The notes under the pieces were generated by a model. That model had not been told where the DNA came from. It ran no database searches and saw only the letters and a program-made list of their open reading frames with translations. From NCBI RefSeq assembly GCF_902713615.1, contig NC_052156.1, positions 159,770,789 to 159,834,788 of the forward strand: DNA of 64,000 bases, given 5' to 3'. The position numbers were made by a program, and so were the translations under genes. Shown here in pieces: positions 1 through 12,067 of the stretch; position 1 is the stretch's first letter; each line of letters starts with the position of its first letter. The DNA is from Scyliorhinus canicula (lineage: Eukaryota).

Positions 1-479
1 TTGAAATGAATGTCATTTTCTTTATTATTTTTGAAGGTGGGATGGGTCTCCCTCGCTCGCCTTCTCCCTCTTCAATGTAGTGGAGAGGGAGATGGAATCT
101 TGAATTAGATTAATACAGGGAATTGAAACCGTACCTTGGAAAAGGATAGACTTTTGTGACATTTGATTGATATTTCCTAGAATCTACCCACGCAATTCTC
201 TTGAGCTGTTTTTCATGTTCCTCAGTGATGACATCTATACTTGCTGTATTTTCAGGAGCTAATGCCCGCGATCCACTTGGTGCCTGCTGTCTGCCCACCC
301 AATCAGCAACACAAATTAATCCTCCTTGTCTAGATTTCTGAAGACCAATGGATGTGGTCAAGCTACGGTACCATCTCCTTTGAGCTCGATGAAGCAAAGT
401 GTTACACCCTTGCACAAAGATGATTTTAGAAACTTTGAATCTAACCAGTATATTGAAGAAAGAATTAAAAGACTTAAAT

Positions 480-580
480 GTTTTTAATCTCGCTGTGAAA
501 TGACTAAAAGTACACTTTATTGCGATCACTGCTGTCATGGCAGCAACAGTAGTTTGTACAGCAAGATCCCACAAACATGG
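480..580 (-). mobile_element. Old Deu-domain SINE fragment (SacSINE1/AmnSINE1-like)
   Basis: Minus strand reads TTTGTGGGATCTTGCTGTACAAA..., resembling the Deu core TTTGTGGGATCTTGCTGTGCGCAAATTGG; heavily diverged. Confidence 0.4.
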
Positions 581-1000
581 GAGACTCTCCCTTGATCAGC
601 AGAGATTTAAAATGGACAGCTGATCCAATATTGCTCATTTTACATTATTGCCCAAACTTACCCACAATACGTTTTTAAGTTTTCAACCTTTTCCAATCCT
701 GCCTTGCAAGTTTCATATTTACTGCTTTTTTAATGATGTAATGACCGAACCACAGCTGATGCTATAGCTCAGTACTGAATAACATTTCGACTACTGAATG
801 GTACGGGCCAGTTTTCCACAACTAATGTCACCAATGGCTATCAACAGGATCAAATTTTGAAAGTCTATTCAAGATGAGGTCATTATTGCCGTGTTAAAAA
901 TATGCAAAGCAGAAAATGACAGATATAAATGTCGACTGAGGAATGGATATAGATCATAGCAATGGGCCTAAAGTTTATCACAGTTGTCTTTTAATACATC

Positions 1001-1803
1001 GGACGGGATTCTCCGTTGGCCGACATTAAAATCGCGAGACGCGATTGGGCGGAGAATCGGTTCCGACGCCGGAATCGTGGCGGGCACCGATTTGACGGCA
1101 AATCGCGATTCTCCATCACCTCGACAATGACACCAATGCATGTCGGAACACACGTACAGTAAATACCATTTGCATATCTTTAGTGGGCCCTACGCAGTAT
1201 TCTCCGGCCCCTCCGGGATTCTCCTCCTCCGATGGGCCGAGTTTCCGACGGCGGGGTTCACTTGTGCTTTCAAAAGTCGCAAAACCGGTGTGGTGGCTGC
1301 TGAGGGAGGGAGGGAGGGGGTGGGTGTACGGAAAGTGTCCAACATCGCCTTAGGTTGCTGACAGTTGCGCCGCTGGCCAGGGGCTTCTGCCAGGTTCAAG
1401 TAGAGCAGCGGGGGCTGGCCGGCAGGTGGTCAGACACGGAACACCATTGCCGCAGCTGGCAAGGCAGCCATGCAGCTACGCATGCCCTCCTGGGTGCCCT
1501 CTGGCCTCAGCCAACCCATCAGCTGTATGGACACAGTGCCACCTTGTTGGCTGTGATGCGTGTGTGTGGGGATTGTAATGTGTATGTGCGGCCACAGCTT
1601 GTCAACCTCCCGAGTGTCAATCATGGACCCGGCGAATCCCGCACCGTTTTCCATTGGAATCGATTGTGTTCCATGCGATGCCGGTGCTGGCTCCTAAACA
1701 GTAATGGAATTGGTCCAGGTGAGGTACCAATTTTGCTGTCGTGAAAGCCCACAAATTCTGCATTGGCATTAACACTTAGTCTCAGAAACTGAGAATCCCG
1801 CCC
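1001..1803. mobile_element. Non-autonomous DNA transposon (MITE), Harbinger-type
   Basis: TIRs GGACGGGATTCTCC (1001) / TGAGAATCCCGCCC (1790-1803); flanking triplets ATC/ATA; GC-rich interior without a credible ORF. Confidence 0.8.
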
Positions 1804-2335
1804 ATAATCTTTCAACAAATTGCTTTTGGAAGAATGATCTATGGAGCTTCATTATTAAGGAGCGTCATGAATTTGCCGTGCAACAGCAGTAAAATAAATG
1901 AACAAAACATAACACCATGCAAGGTGCCCAGAAACAGGTAGAAATCTGCCTTGAGACAGTGGTAGCCAGTATTCAAAAGGCCCCAGTGAGATGCATCTAG
2001 TTGCCCGGTAACGATTTTAGAAGGCAGAGTGGCTAAGAATCAACTGTGACAGGCTTATGAGGAAAAATAGCTTATAGACAGTTGGGAAGATCAATGAGGT
2101 ACAAATTTGTTAATGTATAGTCAAGGTATTTCATAGAGACAGAGACAGTGGAATACACAGAAGGCATAATAAAAGAGGAACAAAGGTATAATTGTCTGGG
2201 TGATCAGGAGCCTATCAGCCTCAGAAGCAGACAAGCTGGTTTTCCAGCTGGCAGCCGAGAGGTCAAGTTTACATCAAACTAGCCTCTAAGCCTCAGAGCC
2301 AAGGTGGTGCAGAAAACCTTGAAAAGGGCAGTTTA

Positions 2336-2435
2336 GGGCTTGTACGGTGGTGTAGCAGTTAACATTGCTGCCCCATTGCACCGACGACCTGGGTTCCATC
2401 CCGTCCCCGGGTCACTGTCCATTGTGGAGTTTGTT
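2336..2435 (+). mobile_element. HE1 SINE 5' fragment
   Basis: tRNA-like head (GGTGGTGTAGCAGTTAACATTGCTGCC...GGGTTCCATCCC) followed by GGGTCACTGTC..TGTGGAGTTTG. Confidence 0.65.
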
Positions 2436-4085
2436 CCTTGTTTAATCAGTTCTAGAAATGTGTGGTTTTCAGATATTGTCCGTTTTCAGGATGCCGGATT
2501 TGAGAGATTACACCATCAGTAGTTACTTCACTTTCACCATGGCAATGCAAAGCATAGAAGGGCTGAAAATTTAAATTTGCAGAACCAGATACTGAGTGCG
2601 TGATTAGGCTTTCTTTAATACAATCGACACACCACACACCATCACAGTCATGATAGTAATTAGATCGAGACACTCTTTGTAAAACTGAGGCAATGTGAGA
2701 CTAAGTTGGAACCATGAAAAATATTCCCTTTATTGGAGACACCATAATGCGTAAGGTTCCGAGTGTATTAATAATTAAGTGCAAGGGCCTCTTTATTGAC
2801 AGATAAAAAGCTTTCACCCACACTGAGCTTGTGGTAGTATAGTCAACACTGTGTGCAAATGCTTTACCTGCTGTCGTGACTGTGTCCAGGAAAGACGTCC
2901 TTATCCTGTCATCCTGTTTGCATAATTATTTTAATAAGCTGTGTTGTTTTTTTCCCAATAATCTACCATTCTAATTCACAGCAACTCACTAGGTGTCAAA
3001 TTCAGATATCATGGATGCAATCCATTCCAATCAATATCTAGCAAAGTCGATGTGAGCCTGAAAATAGAACCGGTAGGATCACACGAATGGTTAACACGCT
3101 CATATCGGATTCCATTATTCAGTTTAGCTGGCAACTTATTCCAGTTCAAGGTCACTTGAGTTTTCACCCACTCAAAGCTGTGTTTTCTTGTTTTTCAAAC
3201 TATTTGTTCAATGAAATAACAACATTTCTGAAGGTAAAATTGTTTCAGTGTTATCAAAGCAAAGCTGTGATATACAGTAGGAAACAATTGTAAACACATT
3301 TCACAATAAACTTGCGGCAAACAATAAAATCTGCTGTAGGATGCCTTGAGGGTATTTCTCCTGGGATCCTCAATTCATCAAAATGTGTTGGTGGAGATAT
3401 TTTTTGGAGTGTCATTCATTCACAGTAACATGTTAAAGTCGCAAGATTTTTAAAATAGTATTTTCTGAAGCTTAAGTTCATGATATTTCAGTTTTTACTT
3501 TAATCCCTTGTGTTTGCTCCTTGCTTTCCGTACAATAATTAAACTGTGAACTTTAATCCTTTCGTTTGACTTCCTGGTTTTCTGTCTGTGAGAATTCTTC
3601 AATCGGTTTGGCTGATTTGTCTGCCCTAGGGATGAATGCCACAGATCCCTTGAAAATGGTACCAGATGCAAGGTCACATTGAATATGGGAAATATATGCT
3701 CGTGAGCCTTTAAACCTTTGTGAGGTCAGCAGTGGGTAGGTCAGCAGTGAGTACCATCCCTTTGTTACTGAGACCAAAGTTCAGGCCATAATTCCAAATT
3801 ACTTTAGCTTTCAGTTTGTTTAAAGGGTGACGTAACAGCTTGTTACGGTGTCGAAATATATCCGACACCTTCAGATAATGTTACAGACCTCAGTTGTCGA
3901 AACCGCTAAGAATTCTCATCAGGGTCAAGCAAAGAAAGCCTGTGCTGCACAAGGCCCGGTCTATAATGGTCAGATTTACAGTTCAACTTGGTCAGGTAAT
4001 GAAGCTTTGCTTACCCTTGCTTGCGTGCGCGCACAGAGCTTCTCTATGAAACGTCCAACACTGATCCTCACCAAATGCAAGCCGA

Positions 4086-4200
4086 TGAAAATGAAATGAA
4101 ATTAAAATCACTTATTGTCACAAGTAGGCTTCAATGAAGTTACTTTGAAAAGCCCCTAGTCGCCACATTCCGGCGCCTGTCCGGGGAGGCTGGTACGGGA
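4086..4200 (-). mobile_element. tRNA-derived SINE with MER6-type tail, 3' fragment
   Basis: Reverse complement of CAGGCGCCGGAATGTGGCGACTAGGGGCTTTTCA..GTAACTTCATTGAAGCCTACTTGTGACAATAAG + (TTTCA)n tail. Confidence 0.8.
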
Positions 4201-5285
4201 TGGACGGGAGGAGAATCAGATAATAGCATAAAGTTCAGCACGTGATTCTTTCTCAAACCGTGCTGCATGCCGTCTGCAGCATTTTTTTTCCCCGGCTCCA
4301 CTTTGAAACCACTTTGCATCGGATACCAGCAATCTGACATTAACTACATGTCTCTGTTCCCTCTCCCAGATGGCTGACGACAAACTGTCACAGGAGTGTG
4401 CAATTGAAGTAAATCAAGTGTTGCACATGTCAGCCCTGTCATTACAAGTTGGAAATGTGTGATAAGTCAGTTAAATAAGATTTAATATACCTATTGCTGG
4501 AAATAAGGCTCTTGAGAGAGCTGTTTAATAAGACTATAATCCTGAGAGCAGTTTGTTAATCCTAGATAACTTTATCTGGGAAACAACATATTCGAGACAG
4601 TTAATGTTATTATCACACTGCTGCTCAGCTTGTGAGGCGCTCGCCGTAATATCATCCTGTAACGGTTTGAAAGGTAGTATTCAGTAGGTTTATATTTTCA
4701 CTCGGCCTTCCATTGCTGATGAATGGGCCGCACCAGTTATTATCTTTCTGACAACTGGGGCATGCTCAAGTGAGGAAGATTACAGATTTCATTAGCAAAG
4801 TTGAACCTCTTTGGATCAAGGTTCACATTGAAAAATTACCTTCAGTCTTTATTGAGGTCTGCCCCATCATTTTCGCCGTTTTTAACACCCATGACATAAT
4901 TTGAAGTATCGCAAAATAATTCCTGATTTGAAAACGCGTATTAAAATGTGTCCGGTCAGAATTCAGCTTTCCAATTACTTCCGAAAAGTAAAGGGCCTGT
5001 TTATAAATCTATATTTTACCTGCGCTGCTTGTTATTAGTTTGAGTTTAGCAGCTGGTGCTCCTTCATAAGTTAGAGTCAATCCTGTTGGGCGAGCTACTT
5101 GTCAGCGTGGCTCGTTTGCTAACTTCCCAATAGGCAGGAGTTTGCAGGCCCGATCCTTTCCAAGGCCACAAACACAAACTAAGTTGATAGACCTGAGGGA
5201 GTGATACACTGTCAGGGAAACCACCTTTCAAAATAAATATTAAACTCAGACCCCCATCTGCCTATAAAATATCCCACATGGCACT

Positions 5286-5624
5286 TGTAGTGATCTCTGT
5301 ATGTAGTAATATATGATCAGACTCTGTTAAGCTAGAACACGTAACTGAACACTAGATGGCCACACTATCAGGACCTATATAAAGGTTTTCCCGTTCTTTC
5401 CTAGTGGAGAGTGTGTCTGGAGTGCAGTGAGTACAGAGCTAGAGAGAAGAAGTTAATAGATATCAGTAATTAGCATTATCTTATTTAATAGTTTAATCTA
5501 CAGTTATTTGTTTGTTTACTAGTTTAGTATTAAGTAAAAAGAACTCACGAGATTATTTTATATTACTCATTAAATTACTTTACTGGAGGACTACTTCTAT
5601 GGATAGACAAAAAGGGTAATTACA
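5286..5624 (+). mobile_element. Solo LTR (Gypsy-like)
   Basis: TGTAGT...ATTACA ends, internal TATATAAA and downstream ATTAAA; flanks GCACT/ATATT differ only by transitions (degenerate TSD). Confidence 0.6.
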
Positions 5625-5634
5625 ATATTGTAAT

Positions 5635-5943
5635 ATAGAATATAGAACATACAGTGCAGAAGGGGCCAGTCGGCTCATCGAGTCTGCACCGACCCACCCA
5701 AGCCCTCACTTCCACCCTATCCCCGTAACCCAATAACCCCTCCTAACCTCTTTTTGGTCACTAAGGGCAAATATACTGGCCATTCCACCTAACCTGCATG
5801 CCTTTGGACTGTGGGAGGAAACCGGAGCACCCGGAGGAAACCCACGCAAGACTCCGCACAGACAGTGACCCAGCAGGGAATCGAACCTGGGACCCCGGCG
5901 CAGTGAAGCCTCAGTGCTATCCACTTGTGCTACCGTGCTGCCC
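5635..5943 (-). mobile_element. HE1 SINE, full length with CR1(HER1)-derived tail
   Basis: Minus strand GGGCAGCACGGTAGCACAAGTGGATAGCACT head, V-domain GGGTTTCCTCCGGGTGCTCCGGTTTCCTCCCACAGTCCAAAG, tail CCTTCTGCACTGTATGTTCTAT. Confidence 0.92.
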
Positions 5944-5946
5944 ACA

Positions 5947-6131
5947 TTAAGGGGCAATTTAGCGTGGCCAATACACCTAGCCTGCACATCTTTGGGTTGT
6001 GGGGGCGAAACCCATGCAAACATGGGGACAATGTGCAAGCTCCACACGGACAATGACCCATAGCCAGGATCGAACCTCGGACCTCAGCGTCGTGAAGCAG
6101 CAGGGCTAACCCACTGCGCCACCCTGCTGCC
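5947..6131 (-). mobile_element. HE1 SINE short subfamily
   Basis: tRNA head + TGTGGAGCTTGCACATTGTCCCC...CCCCACAACCCAAAGATGTGCAGG...AAATTGCCCCTTAA. Confidence 0.88.
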
Positions 6132-6354
6132 TGTGCTCCTCTGATATAACTGCACGATCAGAAGAAGTGTAATGACTTCACCCAATAGGCAAAATTCCTC
6201 CCTCAATAAAATCACCGAAAGCAGATGAACACCTATTCATTTAGGGAGTGAATATCTGGTCTTCTGATCATCCGTTGTAATTTACAAGGAAATTCTCGTC
6301 CTTGCTATGTGTGAAACCTGTCTGTGCAAAGTGACAACTGACCCCATGTTCCAG

Positions 6355-6564
6355 TGAATCAGGTCCGTCGTCGGTCCGGTGCTTCTCGAGGACCCGAGAA
6401 TCGATGTACGCCGCGCGGCTGGGGGCCCATTGATCCTCAGCCAGCCCAGCGATCCTCCGCTCCTAACCGGCCGAGTTCCCGACGGCGTGGAACTAACCAC
6501 CTATTGCCGGTCGGGATGCTGGCGTGGTGGCTGCGGACTCAGTCCCATTTGGGAGAATCCAGCC
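6355..6564. mobile_element. Truncated Harbinger-type MITE (one end)
   Basis: CpG-rich segment ending in GGAGAATCCAGCCC TIR. Confidence 0.6.
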
Positions 6565-6934
6565 CCCTGAGTTTTGCTATGTCTAAGAGCCTGATCAATT
6601 CACAGGATCGTGAGCAATAATTATAAAAAGGAAGCTGTACTTACATTATAGAATGGGTGGCAGTCCCAGAGGCTCAGTCGTTTTCAGCAATAGTGGTCAT
6701 GCTGCACTGTAGTTAAAAAAAAGTTAAATAAAAATTGTCTGGCAGAGTCAAAATCTTAAGCACAAAACTGCTGAATAAAGAAGATGCTGAGATTAAAGAA
6801 ATAACGTTACTTACAACATAACAGGCAGGCAATGCAGAGGAGAAAAGTACAAGCACTTTAAGTGAAGTAAAAATGGGCCCTTTTCAGAACATGAATCCGC
6901 CAAGTCTCCCAGGGCGAGGGTCATTTGACAACAA

Positions 6935-7620
6935 AAAGAACTCAGTCTGTGCGCATTCAGGATCCTGACGTTCCTGTTGCTTGCCATTTTCACAAAACAC
7001 CCTGCTCCCATGCCCACATGTCTGTTCTTGGCCTGCTGCAATGTTCCAGTGAAGCTCAACGCAAACTGGAGGAACAACATCTCATCTTCTGGTTAGGCAT
7101 GCTACAGCCTTCCGGTCTCAACATCGAATCCAACAACTTGATCAGCTCTACCCCACCTCAACCCATTTGTTTTCAGCCCATTTCATTTTAACTGTCTTTT
7201 ACCATTTCTTTCTTTCTTAATATATATTTAATCCCCCCCCCCCCAATCTTATCCACCTTTCCTCAACCTTTCTCCTCTTTGCTCCCCCCCCCCCCGCCAC
7301 ATCTACAGTTCATCCTCTGATTTTAATTTCTCTACTGTTTGACCTTTCACATCCTTTGTCCTCTCTGGGGACTGCCATTAGCACTCTTTTCCCTTGGTTT
7401 CTGTGGCCATTAGCACCCGATTTCCCTGAGTTTCTGTGGCTATGACTCATCTTTCATTCTCACTCCACAGTATAAATATTATCTGTCTGTTAGCTTTGAC
7501 AAAGAGTCATCGGACTCGAAATGTTCTTTTCTCTCCCTACAGATGCTGCCAGGCCTGCTGAGATTTTCCAGCATTTTCTCTTTTGTTTCAGATTCCAGCA
7601 TCCGCAGTAATTTGCTTTTA
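6935..7620 (+). mobile_element. Penelope-like element 3' remnant (GIY-YIG C-terminus + pLTR)
   Basis: ORF 6925-7191 PVACHF...HAHMSVLGL...QRKLEEQHLIFWLGMLQPSGLNIE matches the PLE endonuclease C-terminus; pLTR tail ...CAGATGCTGCCAGGCCTGCTGAGATTTTCCAGCATTTTC...CAGATTCCAGCATCCGCAG. Confidence 0.85.
7492..7526 (+). ncRNA. Degenerate minimal hammerhead ribozyme in PLE pLTR
   Basis: TTGACAA-A-GAGTC-ATCG-GACTC-GAAA-TGTT: variant core, stem II hairpin and GAAA; core deviates from CUGANGA and stem I is damaged. Confidence 0.45.
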
Positions 7621-8067
7621 ACAAAATGAACACCTCTGCAATACACTGCAAGAAATCCCTGTATTGGTATAGCTCTCAAAGAAAGCAACAAGTGTGTGAA
7701 GTTTAAAAGCTTACCAAAAACTGAGGGCAGCCACGATCGATGAATAGCCTGACAGAATAGGTAAAGCACAGGGCATTCACTCACACCAAAAACACCGACA
7801 GAGGTAAAAGAAAAACATAAAGAACAAATTGCCCAGAAATTGCTGTTTTCTTGATTTAAAAAAAAAGAAAAACAAGGCCCATAGTCTCAAGAATTCTATT
7901 GATTCAAAAAAGCATGGGAAACCCGCAACAAAGAAAATAGACAGCTCCAAACAGCCTAGGTGGTTACTGCACTGATAGCCTTAAAGGGGCAACAACATTT
8001 AAAGCTGTAACTCCAAGAAGAAATAAATGGCAATGAATAAAACATTAGAAGAGAGAGGGCAAATAGA

Positions 8068-8163
8068 GATCCCACAGAGAAGGCAACAAAAGACCCCAGA
8101 GGAAGGGCAGTGTAGGACCCCAGAGTGAGAGAAACAAAAGACCCAAGAGTGAGTAAGACAGCG
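8068..8163 (+). repeat. Degenerate 24-bp tandem repeat x4
   Basis: Units start GATCCC/GACCCC/GACCCC/GACCCA at 8068, 8092, 8116, 8140. Confidence 0.75.
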
Positions 8164-9332
8164 TTCAAGTAAAGATCAATGCCGACCCGTGCCAGTGTAA
8201 CGAAATGCACAAGCCTAAGAATGGCTGAGAAGCAGCGGAAAGACTCAAAAATAGAGTTTCTTTAAAATGGCGACACGGTTACCCAAACTGCAACAGCAGA
8301 TGGCAATGTGGAGCGGATAGATGGTTGTGAATGAAGGAAAGATATCTCGGATAACTCAGAAGAAGCAAGATGTGCAAATCGTACATGGAGCTGTTCTCCT
8401 GGAATATGTTATCATCAGAGCTGAACTGGAAGATTTGAAGGACAAGGTTTAAGCTGGGCAAGCGATGTACGGAAACCCACAGTGAGTTGGCGAGAGGTCA
8501 ACAAGAAAATTAAAAGTTGAAAGAACAGTTGATTGCCCTTCAAGACCAAATTCAAAAGGAATGCGTGACCATTCAGCAACATGAAACATGACGACTGCCT
8601 TCAACAGCAGAATGGAAGTGCAGAAGAAGCAGCTTGTGGAGTCTTTACTGAAAGCTTTGCAAAGATTAGGAAAACGCTTTGTCAGACCTGCACATGCTAC
8701 AAGGACCCCTCAGGCCAAAGTGTATTCCTCTGGAAAGTTATGAAGAGAAGCAAAATGAATTTAACATCACTCTGAACCCGTTGGCAGAGAAGACTTAGCA
8801 ATTTTCCATACCCCAGGAAGAAGCCAAAAGCTATAAACAGACTGAAGAGCTGAAGACCATGCTGAGTATCAACGAGGAGCATATTGAAAGGGAAACCATA
8901 GAACATCCCAAGCTGCGAGCCGATGATGAAGCCATGAGTTGCACAATTACAGAACTGAAACACATTACGATTTTACCAGGGACGCACCTGGCACATGATG
9001 AAACCAAAATGAAGGACCAGGACAATGTTTTGTTATGAACAGAGAAAGAGCAGACTGAAATTAGATCGTAACATACAAATATGACATTGAAGCACAAGGA
9101 ATTAGAAGAAGAAAGAGCCCTGGGAGTCTCAGACCTGCTGAGAGCCATTGAGCTGAATGAAATGATTTATAAACTTTGTCATGCTGATGTTATTCACAAG
9201 AGTATCCCAACTTGGAACACCGGTTCATTAAGGGGCATTGTTTTGATGTTAAATCATGTAAGTGAAGCCCCGGTGAAAATAATCAGCCCAATTATCATGT
9301 AACAATTATTAAATATTATTTATTAAATTTAG

Positions 9333-9658
9333 GGGCAGCACGGTAGCACAAGTGGATAGCACTGTTGCTTTACAGTGGCAGGGTGCCAGGTTCAATTCCC
9401 CGTTGGGTCACTGTCTGTGCGGAGTCTGCACGTTCTCCCCGTGTCTGCGTGGGTTTCCTCCGGGTGCTCCGGTTCCCTCCCACAGTCCCAAGATGTGCAG
9501 GTTAGGTGGATTGGCAGTGCTAAATTGCCCTTAGTGTCCAGAAAGGTGAGGAGGGGTTACTGGGTTATGTGGATAGGGTGGAAGTGAGGGCTTAAGTGGG
9601 TCGGTGCAGACCCGATGGGCTGAATAGCCTCCTTCTGCACTGTATGTTCTATGTTCTA
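9333..9658 (+). mobile_element. HE1 SINE, full length
   Basis: GGGCAGCACGGTAGCACAAGTGG head, B-box GGTTCAATTCC, V-domain, CR1 tail ending (ATGTTCT)n. Confidence 0.93.
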
Positions 9659-10420
9659 AATTAAATAAATCATTTGTCTAGACACCTGCAACTTGTTACT
9701 TTTAAAATAGTTTCCCATTATGCCTTATGAATGCTGTCCACTGCTATCGCGAAGCTGATTTCTACTTGTTGCTTGGCAGACCCATGACATCATGCCTTGT
9801 TGCATTTGTGTTACTACTGTTACCAGGCAGATTTCTACCCGCTGCTGTGAAGATCCTTGACAGCTTGCAAAATTGTTTTAAAAAAAAAGTAACAGATGTT
9901 TGGCTGAGATTGTGAAACAAGTGGGAAAGAAAGCTCCATCTGCGATAAGTCTCCATCCAGCAAGAACATGGCAAAAATCACGGAAAAAGAACATTTTACT
10001 TCACTTTGGGAATGACTAAAGTCCACATTCCCTTCAGAAAGAATGGGACAAACCTTGTGTCCGATAAAAGCAAATGGGTTCTTAATAGAGAGAAATATAA
10101 CCCAAAGGAACGCCAAAGGTAAAGCAAATAGAGAAAACCAATGGAGTATTGCTACCATTCCTCCAAATGTGATAGGCCAAGATGTGGAAGAGCTGTCAAG
10201 CCTTTGAGACTCAACAATGCAACAGCAAGAATCCAGCTTTCAAATTGTTTCTGTAAAATCAGGAGTCTTTTTCTTTTAGAATCTAAATGAGTGTTGCCGG
10301 TTGTTAATAATATGCATGTTACTATTTTGGTTTTGACTACAACAAAGAAAGGATTACAATTCAAAAATGATTTATTGATGATGAGGTATTTCAAAATGTC
10401 TTCAGAATATGAAAGATATT

Positions 10421-11624
10421 GGCCTGGATTCTCTATTCTGGAATCTCAGTTCTTCGCCATCAGAGAATCTCCGCTGGTGCGAGGAGCGATGCCCGGCATA
10501 TGAGTCTCTCCCCTTCACCATTCTAATTTATGCATGGGGGAGAGCTCACCGGATTCCGGTGGAATCCCGGTATTGACCTGCCATTCAGCAGAAAGCACTT
10601 AGCTACTTTTGCTGTGGTGAGGCACTGCCAATCATAGCAAGAGTGTTTATAAACAGGACCCAGGTTCGATCCCGGCCCCGGGTCACTGTCCGTGTGGAGT
10701 TTGCGCATTCTCCCCGTGTCCGCATGGGTCTCACCCTCACAACCCAAAAGATGTGCAGGATAGTTGGATTGGCCACACTAAATTGCCCCTTAATTGAAAA
10801 AAAATAATTGGGTGCACTAAATTAATGTCAAAAAAGAAAAGTGTTTAGAAACATAATGGTTATAATCAAAGCAGGTTAATTGAGATGCATCCAAATGTGA
10901 GGGGAAAGATAAATAAACAAAACTCTCTAAGCTGCTGTGACTGGGCCAATACAACTGTCAATCACTGGGTAGTGCAATATATTACTGTGTGAAATTGAAT
11001 GGATGATTTGCAGTTCAAAGGCTGTAAATGTATTCGGAGCCCTTTGAAGTGTACTTGGTTTTCAAAAAGCCTCTGGCACTTGTAAAAGCTGCTGCTTTAA
11101 ACACTTTTGTCTGAGGCAGCAGAGGTTAGGGAAGGGTAAGTGAAAATGGTGGGATTTTCCATTCCACTGGCTGGACTGCTCTTCAGGTTTCAGGTAGGCT
11201 TGACTGATGGAGGTTTCTGATGGGGGTCTAAGATGGGGGTCTCTGATGGGGCTTCTGATGGGGGGCTTTAATGGGGTCCTGATGGGGGGTCTGATGGGGA
11301 AATTGTGGGGAGGGGGAGTTTGGCTCACCTTTATGTGTGCATGCTGTAGTGGGGGGTGGTATCTCATTCTTCCCTCGGTTGGGGGAAGGATGCTCCTACT
11401 TGTCAATGGGGGAGGCAGTATTTGCATTGCGGGGGGAGGGGGTCGTCCGCTAGACTTTGGGGGACACCCCTCAGTTATGCACTGAGCCTTTGATCCACTT
11501 CGGGGTCCACCGATTCAGGCTGCGCTTGGCCAAACTTGAACCAAATCAATATTTTCTTTGAATCTCCATTCTCCAGCCAATTGGGAATGCTAATACCAGT
11601 GGCAAACAATGCAGAATCCCTCCC
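10421..11624. mobile_element. Harbinger-type MITE with perfect 3-bp TSD ATT, carrying a nested HE1 fragment
   Basis: TIRs GGCCTGGATTCTCT / GCAGAATCCCTCCC; ATT at 10418-10420 and 11625-11627; internal CTGATGGGGG-like repeats at about 11204-11300. Confidence 0.75.
10656..10839 (+). mobile_element. 5'-truncated short HE1 SINE nested in MITE
   Basis: GGTTCGATCCC...V-domain...AATTGGGTGCACTAAATT + A-rich tail; TSD AGTGTTTA(T/G)AAACA at 10642-10655 and 10840-10853. Confidence 0.88.
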
Positions 11625-11794
11625 ATTATATCATAAACCTTTTTCCTTTCTCTCTTGAATTCCCAGGTTTTCGTCCTAATTATATGGAAGTGGGAAGGTC
11701 AACAGGCTTTGGGGATTCAATAATATCAAATTAGAGTGATTTTAAAGCTTGCAAGGATTTAAGATGGATTATATAGGAATAAGAATAAGAAAGA

Positions 11795-12067
11795 AAAGGA
11801 CTTGCATTTATATCATGTGTGCTGTGTCCCAAAGCATGTTCGAGCCAATTAGGCATACATGAAGTGTTGCCTTTGTTGTAATGTAGAAAACACGACAGCT
11901 CAATTTACACACATCAAGCAGCCACAAACAGCAATGAGATATTCTATTTCCTTTGAGAGTTGATATTGCCCAAGAACCCGGGGAGAACAGCCCTGCTCTT
12001 CTTCAAATGGAGCGATGACATATTTTGCAACATTCTGACAGGGCAAAGGGTCATAGTTTGACACCTC
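11795..12067 (-). mobile_element. Deu-domain SINE (SacSINE1-like)
   Basis: Minus strand GAAGAAGAGCAGGGCTGTTCTCCCCGG...CTCATTGCTGTTTGTGG...CTACATTACAACA...GCTTTGGGAC...ATATAAATGCAAGTC. Confidence 0.75.

Larger units (their letters stand above)
5100..6350 (+). mobile_element. Old Deu-domain SINE split by a solo LTR and two HE1 SINEs (pieces about 5100-5285 and 6140-6350)
   Basis: CTGAGGGAGTGATACACTGTCAGGG...TTAAAC...CCCCATCTGCC...ATCCCACATGGCACT, continuing as TCCCTCAATAAAATCACC...GCAGAT after the insertions. Confidence 0.5.
6720..9150 (+). pseudogene. Decayed coiled-coil coding sequence, possibly RAI14/UACA/ANKRD24-like, interrupted by a Penelope remnant
   Basis: Purine-rich stretch translating across stops/frameshifts to E/K/Q/L-rich text: KYVIIRAELEDLKDK, LKEQLIALQDQIQKECVTIQQHE, KCIPLESYEEKQNEF, TEELKTMLSINEEHIE; family assignment is inference only. 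Confidence 0.4.

Noticed and set aside
9333-9405. tRNA genes
   Set aside because: A/B-box sequences are SINE heads running directly into SINE bodies.
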